Assembly: GCA_965223905.1 (NCBI GenBank)
Contig: CBDCXV010000009.1
Span: 128,001-192,000, forward strand
Reading direction: 5' to 3'
Origin: Candidatus Latescibacterota bacterium
GTDB lineage: Bacteria; Latescibacterota; UBA2968; UBA8231
Length of the DNA stretch: 64,000 bases
Below the pieces are notes generated by a model that was given only the letters and a program-made list of their open reading frames with translations, was not told where the DNA came from and did not search any database. The position numbers and the translations under genes are program-made. Numbering within the stretch: position 1 is the first letter of the stretch; every line of letters starts with the position of its first letter. This document shows positions 22,391 to 31,038 of this stretch, piece by piece.

Positions 22391-22717
22391 CTATTCGGCC
22401 TTTCCAGTCTCTTCCGGGATGCGGTAGACCTCTTCTCCCGGTTTCTTCATACCGTATTCCTCGCGCGCCACTTTTTCGAGATATCCGATGTCGCTCCGCA
22501 ACAGTTCCAGCTGGGTGCGCAGACTGTCGTTCTGGGCGCGCAGCGCGTTGACCTCATTCCTGAGTAGCTGCAGCTCGGTGCGCCGCGCCTCCACCTGCAG
22601 GTAGCCGCTCTCTCCCGCGACCAGTATGTACACGCCGCCAGCGAAGAGGGCGAGAAACAAAAGCTGTTTCCACCTGCGGTGGGATCGCGCCGCCAGCTTG
22701 TCGTTGCCGCGGTTCAT
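22391..22717 (-). CDS. ftsB: Septum formation initiator (FtsB/DivIC family)
   Basis: Single TM helix, coiled coil, LEKVAREEYGMKKPGE. Confidence 0.85.
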   Translation of the reverse strand: MNRGNDKLAARSHRRWKQLLFLALFAGGVYILVAGESGYLQVEARRTELQLLRNEVNALRAQNDSLRTQLELLRSDIGYLEKVAREEYGMKKPGEEVYRIPEETGKAE

Positions 22718-22726
22718 ACAAGTCGC

Positions 22727-23899
22727 TTAGAAAAGCACGAGATCGTCCCGGTGAATCACCTCGATGGCGGGCCGTCCCAGCACCGCTTCCACGTCGGCGG
22801 AGCTCTTTCCCAGTACGCGGGCGATCTCCGCGGAGTCGTATCGAGTCAGCCCGCGCGCGACCTCCGCTTTGCCGCGGTTCTCGACCCGGATGACGTCGCC
22901 CGGCTTGAACTCGCCGCTGCAGCCGATTACGCCGGCGACCAGCAGGCTCTTGCCCAGATCGCGGATGGCGCGCTCGGCCCCCCTGTCGATGGCGACGCTC
23001 CCCTTGCAGGGTGAGGCGAATCCGATCCAGCGCTTGCGGCTGCGGAGGCGCTTGCGCGAGGGAAGGAACAGCGTGCCGAGTTTCCGCCCCGCGAGGATCT
23101 CCGGCAGGCGGTGCTTGCGGGCGTGGGCGATCACCGTCATCTCTCCGCACCTCATCAACAGACGCGCGGCGCGGATCTTGGTATGCATTCCGCCGCGGCC
23201 GAGATGGTTGCTCGAGGTGCCGACAACGGTCTCGATGTCGGTATCCTCCTCCACCTCGGCGATAACCTCTCCGCAAGGACCTTCGCGCCCGTAGGAAGGG
23301 AACAGCCCCTCGACGTCGGAGAGAATCACGAGCAGCTCGGCGTGGACGAGGTTGGCGACATACGCCGCCAAGGAGTCGTTTTCACCGATCGTCAGCTTGA
23401 GCTCGGCGACGGCGACGCTGTCGTTTTCGTTTATCACCGGAACGGCGCCGAAGGAGAAAAGGGAACGGAAAGTATTGCGAAGGTTGAGGTAGCGACGGCG
23501 GTCGTCGAGGATGTCCTCGGCAGTGAGAAGCACCTGGCCGACGGCGATGCCGTGGCGCTTGAAAGCCGCCTCGTAGCGGTTCATCAGCAAGCTCTGTCCG
23601 ATGGCCGCAGCTGCCTGCAGATCGGCGATGGGGCCCGGCCTCTCTCCCAGGCCGAGGCGGCCCATTCCGGCGGCCACCGCGCCGGAAGAGACGATCGCGA
23701 CCTCCAATCCCTGCCGGTGAAGCGCGGCGACGTCGCCGGCCAGTTGGTTGATGACCTTGCCGTCGAGATGGCTGGAACTGCCCCGGGTAAGGCTGCTGCT
23801 GCCGATCTTGACGACCAGGCGTTTGACCCGCCGCAGGCGCTCGCGGCCTGTTGCCGGTGCCGCGGCTTTCTGTTCCTCGAGAGATTCGACGTCAGTCAC
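22727..23899 (-). CDS. proB: Glutamate 5-kinase with PUA domain
   Basis: [36 protein letters not shown]. Confidence 0.96.
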   Translation of the reverse strand: MTDVESLEEQKAAAPATGRERLRRVKRLVVKIGSSSLTRGSSSHLDGKVINQLAGDVAALHRQGLEVAIVSSGAVAAGMGRLGLGERPGPIADLQAAAAIGQSLLMNRYEAAFKRHGIAVGQVLLTAEDILDDRRRYLNLRNTFRSLFSFGAVPVINENDSVAVAELKLTIGENDSLAAYVANLVHAELLVILSDVEGLFPSYGREGPCGEVIAEVEEDTDIETVVGTSSNHLGRGGMHTKIRAARLLMRCGEMTVIAHARKHRLPEILAGRKLGTLFLPSRKRLRSRKRWIGFASPCKGSVAIDRGAERAIRDLGKSLLVAGVIGCSGEFKPGDVIRVENRGKAEVARGLTRYDSAEIARVLGKSSADVEAVLGRPAIEVIHRDDLVLF

Positions 23900-24684
23900 T
23901 GGCAGTCAGGGACCTGGGGGCCGCGTACCAGGACGCCCCGCTCATCGAGAAAGCTCTTTACTTCGGGAATGCTGTACTCTTCGTAGTGGAAGATAGAAGC
24001 GGCGAGGGCGGCAGACGCCCTGCCCTCGGTCAGCACCTCGTAGATATGCGCGCAGTTGCCGCAACCTCCCGAGGCGACGATGGGGACGTCGACGCGCCCG
24101 GCGACGGTGCGGTTCAGCTCGAGGTCGTACCCTTCGCGCGTTCCGTCTGCGTCGATGCTGTTGAGCACGAGCTCTCCGGCGCCGCGGTCGACGAGTTCCT
24201 TCACCCAGTCGACGGCATCTAGCCCGGTCGCTTTGCGCCCCCCGTTGACGTAGATCTCCCAGGTGGGCTGATCGCCTCCGGAGGTGCGCAGGGCGTCGAT
24301 GGCCCCGACGATGCACTGACTGCCGAAGCTCTCGGCGCTCTCGTTGATGATGTCGGGGTTCTCAACCGCGGCGGAGTTGATCGATACCTTGTCGGCCCCC
24401 GACTTGAGGATCTCTCGTACATCCGCGAAGGTGCGGATACCGCCGCCGACGGTGAGCGGGATGAAAACCTGCTCGGAAACCTGCTGCACCAGGTCCATCA
24501 CGATGGCGCGGCCGTCAGCCGACGCCGTGATATCGTAAAAGACCAGTTCGTCGGCGCCTTCGGCGTCGTAGCGCGTCGCCAGCTCGACGGGATCGCCGGC
24601 GTCCCGGTCGGCGGAAAACTTAACCCCGCGAACGTTGCGGCCGTCCTTTACGTCGAGGCAGGGTATGATCCGCTTGGCCAGCAT
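23896..24684 (-). CDS. hisF: Imidazole glycerol phosphate synthase cyclase subunit
   Basis: [47 protein letters not shown]. Confidence 0.97.
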   Translation of the reverse strand: MLAKRIIPCLDVKDGRNVRGVKFSADRDAGDPVELATRYDAEGADELVFYDITASADGRAIVMDLVQQVSEQVFIPLTVGGGIRTFADVREILKSGADKVSINSAAVENPDIINESAESFGSQCIVGAIDALRTSGGDQPTWEIYVNGGRKATGLDAVDWVKELVDRGAGELVLNSIDADGTREGYDLELNRTVAGRVDVPIVASGGCGNCAHIYEVLTEGRASAALAASIFHYEEYSIPEVKSFLDERGVLVRGPQVPDCQ

Positions 24685-24687
24685 CGG

Positions 24688-25290
24688 TCAGTTGGCGGCT
24701 GCGAAGTTGCGCAGCAGCCTCAACCCGACATGCTGGCTTTTTTCGGGATGGAACTGCACCCCCCACATGTTTTCGCGAGCGGCTATGGAGGTATAGTCCA
24801 ACCCGTAGTCCGTCGTCGCCAGGCAGTCGCTCGATTCTTCGCAGTCGACGTAGTACGAATGGACGAAATAGAAAAAGCTGCCTTCGGCAACGCCGTCGAG
24901 CAGGTCGTCTTCTTTTTTAATGGCGATCTGGTTCCAGCCGATTTGCGGCACTCGTTCACCGCTCGGAAATCGCACCACGCGTCCGGGCAGCATGGACAGC
25001 CCGCGATGCCTGCCGCGTTCCTCGCTCTCGGCGAACATAAGCTGCAGTCCGACGCAGATACCGAGAAACGGTTTTCCCGCTTCCACCTCGCGCAGCAGGA
25101 AATCATCCCAACCGCGCTCGCGCAGGTTGCGCATGGCATCTCCGAATGCGGCGTCTCCGGGCAACACGAGGTGGCTGGCGTCGCGCGCTTCGACCGGCTG
25201 TTCGACGATGGCGGCATCGAACCCGAGGTACTCGAAAGCCTTCTGCACACTGCGCAGGTTGCCCATTCCGTAGTCGATGACGGCGATCAT
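24688..25290 (-). CDS. hisH: Imidazole glycerol phosphate synthase glutaminase subunit
   Basis: DYGMGNLRSV, LGICVGLQ, YFVHSY, QFHPEKS. Confidence 0.97.
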   Translation of the reverse strand: MIAVIDYGMGNLRSVQKAFEYLGFDAAIVEQPVEARDASHLVLPGDAAFGDAMRNLRERGWDDFLLREVEAGKPFLGICVGLQLMFAESEERGRHRGLSMLPGRVVRFPSGERVPQIGWNQIAIKKEDDLLDGVAEGSFFYFVHSYYVDCEESSDCLATTDYGLDYTSIAARENMWGVQFHPEKSQHVGLRLLRNFAAAN

Positions 25291-26096
25291 CGACCCAGCT
25301 CCCGGGAACGAGCCGTGGCGGCCTGCACCGCGCTGACCAGGGCGTCTGCCAGTCCCTTGTCGCGGAGCGCCTGCAGTCCGGCGACCGTTGTGCCGTTCGG
25401 TGAGGTGACTCGAGCTCTCAGGTCGGCAGGTTTCTCTCCTGTCTCGAGGACTGTATGAGCCGCTCCGAGAACTGTCTGGGCGGCAAGGGTAGTGGCGACG
25501 TCACCTGGAAGGCCTACCGAAACCCCTCCCTCAACGAGTGCTTCTATAATTGAATACACGTATGCGGGGCCGCTGCCGGACAACCCGGTTACCGCGTCCA
25601 TCTGATGCTCCTCGACGACGACGGTAGTTCCAACCTGGTCGAACAGTTCCTTGGCGAGCAGCAGCTGTCCTGTTCCGGCGTGTGCTCCGGGGCAGATAGC
25701 AGTTGCTGCGACTCCGGCAAAAGCCAGCAGTTGGGGCATGGAGCGAACGACGGCGACGTTCCCTTCCAACCGCGCTTCGATGGCGGCCGTGGTTACTCCC
25801 GCCATGATGGAGATCAACAACTGCGCCGGGGTGATCGAGGGGGAAAGCCGGTCGATCAAACCGGGAGCGATCTGAGGCTTTACAGCCAACAGAATGATAT
25901 GCTTGTCGGCAATGGCCGCTTCCGGATCGGAGGTGGTTTCCATTCCCAGTTCAGCCAGCGGCGCCAGCGCCGTCTCATCGATGTCGCAGACCGTAATGTT
26001 TTTGGCAGGGAGGCGCTCATGCGACACGATTCCTCGTAGCAGGGCGGCACCCATATTTCCGGCGCCGACTGAAGCGATTTGGCACTGTTCGATCAT
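25287..26096 (-). CDS. proC: Pyrroline-5-carboxylate reductase
   Basis: GAGNMG, LAVKPQ, SGSGPAY, VTSPNGTT; start MIEQ (ATG 26096). Confidence 0.94.
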   Translation of the reverse strand: MIEQCQIASVGAGNMGAALLRGIVSHERLPAKNITVCDIDETALAPLAELGMETTSDPEAAIADKHIILLAVKPQIAPGLIDRLSPSITPAQLLISIMAGVTTAAIEARLEGNVAVVRSMPQLLAFAGVAATAICPGAHAGTGQLLLAKELFDQVGTTVVVEEHQMDAVTGLSGSGPAYVYSIIEALVEGGVSVGLPGDVATTLAAQTVLGAAHTVLETGEKPADLRARVTSPNGTTVAGLQALRDKGLADALVSAVQAATARSRELGR

Positions 26097-26290
26097 ATCA
26101 GAGGGCGGAACAGACTGGAAGGCGGGATGTACAGTAGGAGGTCCACTCTGGAAAGGTGGCGGTTTATGATAGACTGCACATTGCGGCCTGTCAATTTTCG
26201 GCCCGGTGAGAGATGCCTCAGCAAGGTTATCACAACGAATTGCCGCGATTGGGGAAATGTTGCTCACCAACCCTGTTTCCCAGTCGCGAA

Positions 26291-26306
26291 TGGCACAATT
26301 TCTGCT
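26291..26306 (+). promoter_or_regulatory. Putative sigma54 -24/-12 element
   Basis: TGGCACAATTTCTGCT: GG-N10-GC spacing, close to consensus TGGCACG-N4-TTGC. Confidence 0.55.
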
Positions 26307-26335
26307 TGACGAATTAGTTTCAGCAATGGTACATT
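26306..26335 (+). promoter_or_regulatory. Putative sigma70 promoter
   Basis: TTGACG-N18-TACATT with TG extended -10. Confidence 0.5.
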
Positions 26336-26353
26336 TTCCTTAATGTACCATTG
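26324..26353. promoter_or_regulatory. Perfect 12-bp-arm inverted repeat (operator candidate) overlapping the -10
   Basis: CAATGGTACATT-ttcctt-AATGTACCATTG. Confidence 0.6.
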
Positions 26354-26418
26354 GGCAAAGGTTAGGCAATTCGAAGGAGTTGGCATATGCGCCGGACACC
26401 GAGGGAGGAGGTGATCCA

Positions 26419-26499
26419 GTGAAGTCCGGCGGTCCTGTCACCCTGATAGCTTGGATGGGTTCTCGATTGAGCGGGACCAAGCGCCTGCCGCACACGTAA
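26419..26499 (+). CDS. Putative 26-aa leader peptide (MKSGGPVTLIAWMGSRLSGTKRLPHT)
   Basis: GTG start preceded by AGGAGGTGATCCA; TAA stop abuts the RBS (AGGAG) of the SWIB gene and is in the same frame. Confidence 0.4.
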   Translation: MKSGGPVTLIAWMGSRLSGTKRLPHT

Positions 26500-26511
26500 A
26501 GGAGAAAGAGA

Positions 26512-26979
26512 ATGGCCAAGAAAAAGGCCGCCAAGAAGAAGGCCGTCAAGGAAGCAGTAAAGAAGAAGGCCGCCCCAAAAGCCAAGGTCGCCAAGAAAAA
26601 GGCCGTCAAGGAAGCAGTAAAGAAGAAGGCCGCCCCAAAAGCCAAGGTCGCCAAGAAAAAGGCCGTCAAGAAAGCGGCATCCAAGAAAAAGGCGGCAAAA
26701 AAAAAAGGCGGTAAGAAGAAAGTGAAACGCCAACCAAACTCCGCTTTCATGAAGCCAATGCAGCCGGATGAGGCACTTGGTGCCGTTGTCGGCAACAAAC
26801 CGTTGCCCCGGACGCAGGTGCAGAAGAAGCTGTGGGCTTACATCCGTAAGCACGGGTTGCAGGATGCGAAGAACAGGCGCATGATCAACGCCGACGACAA
26901 GCTCAGGGCTGTCTTCGGCGGCCAGGATCAGGTGAACATGTTCGACATGACCAGGCTGGTCAACGAACGCCTTAGCTAG
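26512..26979 (+). CDS. SWIB/MDM2 domain protein with histone-H1-like Lys/Ala-rich N-terminus
   Basis: (AKKKAVKEAVKKKAAPKAKV)x2 tail, then AFMKP...L.AVVG...PRTQVQKKLWAYIRKHGLQD...INADDKL..VF...MFDM SWIB domain. Confidence 0.92.
   Translation: MAKKKAAKKKAVKEAVKKKAAPKAKVAKKKAVKEAVKKKAAPKAKVAKKKAVKKAASKKKAAKKKGGKKKVKRQPNSAFMKPMQPDEALGAVVGNKPLPRTQVQKKLWAYIRKHGLQDAKNRRMINADDKLRAVFGGQDQVNMFDMTRLVNERLS
26530..26675 (+). repeat. 60-bp tandem repeat (2 near-identical copies plus a partial) inside the SWIB gene
   Basis: GCCAAGAA(G/A)AAGGCCGTCAAGGAAGCAGTAAAGAAGAAGGCCGCCCCAAAAGCCAAGGTC at 26530 and 26590. Confidence 0.9.
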
Positions 26980-27015
26980 ACAACGGTCTGGCAGTCGTCT
27001 GCTACTGCCTGAAAT

Positions 27016-27050
27016 GAAAAGGGGCTCTCTTCCGGGAGAGCCCCTTTTCT
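27016..27050 (+). terminator. Intrinsic terminator (possibly bidirectional)
   Basis: GAAAAGGGGCTCTC-ttccgg-GAGAGCCCCTTTTC. Confidence 0.85.
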
Positions 27051-27150
27051 CATGTACTCGCAGGGCGGATTGTTGCCAGTTGGAGATCTGCTTCTATATT
27101 CGGATCTCGTCTGCAATGTCGCAGCCGCCACACCATCTCAACACAACAGC

Positions 27151-28239
27151 ATGAAAGCATTGATCGCCCTCGAAGACGGCACTGTTTTCGAGGGCAACGC
27201 CGTCGCCGCCGAGGGCGAGGTTCTCGGCGAAATGGTGTTCAACACCAGCATGACCGGCTACCAGGAGATCCTCACCGATCCTTCCTATGCCGGCCAGATC
27301 GTCGCCATGACCTATCCGCATATCGGCAACTACGGTGTAAACCCTGGCGACGCGGAATCGGAACGTCCCCAAGTAAAGGGATTCGTGATGCGCGATTGCT
27401 GCCGGCGTCCAAGCAACTACGCGGCAACCCAGAGTTTGATCGAATACCTCGTCGAACACGACGTCATCGCTATCGAGGGAATCGATACACGTGAACTCAC
27501 TCGCCGCGTGCGCATACACGGCGTCATGAACGCCGCCATCTCCACCGTCGATCCGGATCCCGAGGATCTCCTTCGGAAAGCTCGCGAGTGGGAGGGTTTG
27601 GAGGGGGTCGACCTCGTTCGCGAGGTCTCCTGCAAATCGCAGTACGTCGTCCCTCCCGAGGGGACCGTCCGTCACCGGGTCGTCGCCTACGATTTCGGCA
27701 TCAAGCGCAACATCATCAAGAAGCTGACGGAGCAGGGGTGCGAGGTCACCGTGTTACCTGCGGCGACGCCTTGCAGCGAGGCGCTTGCACTCGATCCCGA
27801 CGGCATCTTCCTGTCGAACGGGCCGGGGGATCCGCGCGCCGTCGACTACGCCATCAGGACCACCCGGGATCTGGCCGAATCGGGAAAGCCGATCTTCGGC
27901 ATCTGTCTCGGCCACGAGATCCTGGGGCTGGCTTTCGGCGCGGAGATCTTCCATTTGAAGTTCGGGCACCGCGGCGCCAACCAGCCGATCAAGGAGTACG
28001 ACACGGGGCGCATCCTGATCACTTCCGAGAACCACGGCTGGGGCATCAGTCCCGAGAACCTTCCCGAATGTCTGGAGATCACCCGCCAGAACCTCAACGA
28101 CGGTTGCGTCGAAGGCCTGCGTCACCGCGAGCTGCCGGTTTTTTCGATCCAGTGTCACCCGGAAGCATCGCCGGGCCCGCATGACAGCTACCATCTCTTC
28201 GGCTATTTCGCCGAGCTGATGCGGAAGAACGCGGCTTGA
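27151..28239 (+). CDS. carA: Carbamoyl-phosphate synthase small subunit
   Basis: LEDGTVF, FNTSMTGYQE, YDFGIK, LSNGPGDP, GICLGH, HPEASPGP. Confidence 0.97.
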   Translation: MKALIALEDGTVFEGNAVAAEGEVLGEMVFNTSMTGYQEILTDPSYAGQIVAMTYPHIGNYGVNPGDAESERPQVKGFVMRDCCRRPSNYAATQSLIEYLVEHDVIAIEGIDTRELTRRVRIHGVMNAAISTVDPDPEDLLRKAREWEGLEGVDLVREVSCKSQYVVPPEGTVRHRVVAYDFGIKRNIIKKLTEQGCEVTVLPAATPCSEALALDPDGIFLSNGPGDPRAVDYAIRTTRDLAESGKPIFGICLGHEILGLAFGAEIFHLKFGHRGANQPIKEYDTGRILITSENHGWGISPENLPECLEITRQNLNDGCVEGLRHRELPVFSIQCHPEASPGPHDSYHLFGYFAELMRKNAA

Positions 28240-28320
28240 AGCGCAGCGCGCGGATTGCCGTGCGCCGGTTCTGTAGAGAGGAACGCGGGTACGTCCGCGG
28301 GCCAGCCAACCGCCGGACGT

Positions 28321-31014
28321 TCAGGTGGAGACGCCCAGACGCCCGCGCGTGATCTGAAAATCCGAGTTGCCGCGGAGCGACAGCTTCGGTGAGGAGGTCC
28401 TGGCAGCTACCGCGACCAGGCATTCGAGGAGCGCCCGCGCGACAATCCCGGGGCCCTTGGACTCATCGATCGACAGGTCGAGATCATCCGCAAAGTCCGC
28501 TTTGACCGCGTCGCTGCCGCTCACCTGGACCACCGGCACCAGCGGGTGCGTCTGCATCGGGTGCTCGCCGGCGTGAGCGAGGACGACCTCCACTCCGGTC
28601 GCTCCAAGCCCGGTCAGGGTCTCGACCCAGTGGTCCGAGGGGGTTTCCATGCAGTAGAAACCGGGCCGGGAAAAGCGCTCCCCATGCCCGAGATTGGGGG
28701 GCAGCGAGTCGGTACCCAACCCGGCGATGAAAGCCGGGTTCGCTCCCAGGCCCGAATTTTCCACGATGACGACGGTGCCGCCCGCCCCGGCGATCCACCG
28801 GCACAGCTGTAAAAAGGCGGCGGCCGTGCTGTCGCCGAGCGGTCCAGAGCAGATCATTCCCAGACGCAAGCATTCCAGTCCTACCTCCGCGTAGCGGGGC
28901 TCCTCCATAGCCTCGATCCGGTCCGAGAACCACGACTCGACCCCGTTCATGACCGACTCGATGCCGCCGTCCATCTGCACGCTTGCCCAGCCGAACTCCG
29001 CTTCGGAGCGGCCCATCTTCTTCAGCTGTTCGCGGAAGTAGTCGTTGTGCGTCTTTTCGCACCCGTGCTCCATCAGCAGTCCGACGCTTACCAGCGGGTG
29101 GGAGAGGTAGCCGACGAGGGTACGGGCGTAGATCCCCTCGGTGTCGTAGCCGGTGACGCCGCATCCTTCGGTATGCACGAGACTGACGAACCGCGTGATC
29201 CCCTTTTCGGCCCCGACGGCGCGCGCGTTGAGCCGCTCAGCCGTCAGCCTCGCTATCTGGCCGGCGCAGAGACTGGTGGGCAGCACCAGGCCGACGCGAT
29301 CGGTTGCGGCTGATCCCTCTCTGGCGACTGCGGCCTTGAAACGGATCTCCGGCGCCGCCTCGGTAGCGATGGGGTGCGGTCGACCACTGGGGACCGGGGC
29401 CGCCAGGAGAGTCTCGAGGTTCGACTTGTCCCGCTGCGGCCAGTTGCGCCAGATGGAGACCTGCGAGTGTCCGGCCTGCTCGCCGCGCGACCGCTGCCCG
29501 GAGGCGACGGCCCGGGTGCGCTCGAAGAGATCGGCGGCGAGCTCCTCCATCGGGGTGCCTTCCTGGTACGCACCGGCGTCGACGTCCATGTCGTCCGCCA
29601 GCAGCCGGAAGCGCCGGGAGGTGGTGACGATCTTGATCGTCGGCACGAACGGGAAATTCGTGATCGAGCCGTTGCCGGTGACGAAGAAGATGAGGTTGCA
29701 ACCTGCCGCGACCTGACCGGCGATGCTCTCCAGGTCGTTGCCGGGACTGTCCATGAAGTAGTACCCCGGCTCGCGCATCGGCTCGGAGTAGTCGATGGCG
29801 TGGTCGAGACGCACGTCCGGGTCCCTTTTTCTCGCCGCCCCGATCGACTTGAGCACGATGTTGTAGAGACCGCGGAACTTGTTGCCCCCGGAAGGATTCC
29901 CTTCAGCTGTGGACCCGTGCCAGGCGACGCGCTCCTTGAAGCGCTCGACCATGTGCAGGAACCGCTGCGCAGTTTCCAGATCGCGCACGTTCTGTAGCAG
30001 GTACGGCTCGGCGCCGATCAGTTCGTCCGTTTCCGCCAGATTGGCCGCGCCGCCGTGGCGGATCAGCTCCCGCGCCACCCGCGCCGCCAGCGGGTTTCCC
30101 GAGATGCCTGAAAAGGCGTCGGAGCCGCCGCACTGAAGCGCCAGCTTCAGCCCCGACAGCGGTTGTTCGGTGCGCTCGTTCCGGTTCAGCGGCTCGAGCC
30201 ATCCCCTCACCACCCTCTCACCCTCGGCGAGAGCGTCGTCGAAACTGCCGGAGATCGACAGGAAGCGGTGGGGCATGTCGTCGATGGCGTAGCCGCCGGC
30301 CCGCAGGTGCTCCCGCAACTGCGCGTTCGAGACCGATTCGCTGCCGTAGTCGACGGCGAGCAGGGCGCCGATGTTGGGGTGAACGGCGAACCCGGCCAGG
30401 GTGCGCAGCAGCAGCTCCTTGTTGTTGGGCGTGCCGCGGCCGCCTCCCTCGGTATGGGCGATCGCCACCACCCCGTCGAGGTTGGCGCCTGCGGCCTCCT
30501 GCAGGCGCGCGGCGAGCAGGCGGGCGTAGCTGGCGGTCCGGGAGGTCGTTCCCAGGATGACGGCGTAGTTCCGGGTGCCGGCGCCCCGCCGTCCCCGCGC
30601 GTACCCCGAAAAGGTGCCCGGCTGCTCGTGGAGGGAAACCTGCCGCCCCGGCCGGAAGCGGTCCCTGTCGAGCTCGTAGGGCCGGATGCGATCCTCGAAG
30701 TTCGGAGCCGGCGGCAGTTCGAAGTCGATCCTGCGGCCGTTCAGCGCTTCCAGCATCCCCGGGTTGCAGACGTACGAGCCGGGCTGGATGTCGGCGGTCG
30801 CGACGCCGAAGGGAAGGCACCACGACAGCAGCTCGGCTCCCCGGGCGACAGGCTCCACTGCGAAGCGGTGGCCCTCCATCACCGTGTAGTCGAGCTCGAA
30901 GCGCGCGGTTCCCCGGAGGATGGCCGTACCCTGCTCGAGCCGGCGCGAGGCGATGGCGACGTTGTCCCCGGCGGCCGGCAGGCGGCCGGCGTCGTCAAAA
31001 CTGATTTCAGTCAT
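28321..31014 (-). CDS. UxaA/GarD-family sugar-acid dehydratase with SAF domain and internal duplication
   Basis: DNVAIA..GHRFA SAF domain, QCGGSDAFSG, NPSGGN, MDSPGND, FVTGNGS; second module with PTSLC, HTEGCG, HGCE. Confidence 0.85.
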   Translation of the reverse strand: MTEISFDDAGRLPAAGDNVAIASRRLEQGTAILRGTARFELDYTVMEGHRFAVEPVARGAELLSWCLPFGVATADIQPGSYVCNPGMLEALNGRRIDFELPPAPNFEDRIRPYELDRDRFRPGRQVSLHEQPGTFSGYARGRRGAGTRNYAVILGTTSRTASYARLLAARLQEAAGANLDGVVAIAHTEGGGRGTPNNKELLLRTLAGFAVHPNIGALLAVDYGSESVSNAQLREHLRAGGYAIDDMPHRFLSISGSFDDALAEGERVVRGWLEPLNRNERTEQPLSGLKLALQCGGSDAFSGISGNPLAARVARELIRHGGAANLAETDELIGAEPYLLQNVRDLETAQRFLHMVERFKERVAWHGSTAEGNPSGGNKFRGLYNIVLKSIGAARKRDPDVRLDHAIDYSEPMREPGYYFMDSPGNDLESIAGQVAAGCNLIFFVTGNGSITNFPFVPTIKIVTTSRRFRLLADDMDVDAGAYQEGTPMEELAADLFERTRAVASGQRSRGEQAGHSQVSIWRNWPQRDKSNLETLLAAPVPSGRPHPIATEAAPEIRFKAAVAREGSAATDRVGLVLPTSLCAGQIARLTAERLNARAVGAEKGITRFVSLVHTEGCGVTGYDTEGIYARTLVGYLSHPLVSVGLLMEHGCEKTHNDYFREQLKKMGRSEAEFGWASVQMDGGIESVMNGVESWFSDRIEAMEEPRYAEVGLECLRLGMICSGPLGDSTAAAFLQLCRWIAGAGGTVVIVENSGLGANPAFIAGLGTDSLPPNLGHGERFSRPGFYCMETPSDHWVETLTGLGATGVEVVLAHAGEHPMQTHPLVPVVQVSGSDAVKADFADDLDLSIDESKGPGIVARALLECLVAVAARTSSPKLSLRGNSDFQITRGRLGVST

Positions 31015-31038
31015 GGCAGCTGCAGGAGGCGTGTGTGT

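Noticed and set aside
26406-26419. 16S rRNA gene fragment
   Set aside because: The match is only 14 nt and the flanks are not rRNA-like; treated as an extended SD instead.
26530-26675. CRISPR-like array
   Set aside because: In-frame coding tandem repeat without spacers; no cas genes.
27151-28239. carA without carB; proB/proC without proA
   Set aside because: Split biosynthetic operons are common; the partners are probably elsewhere in the genome.
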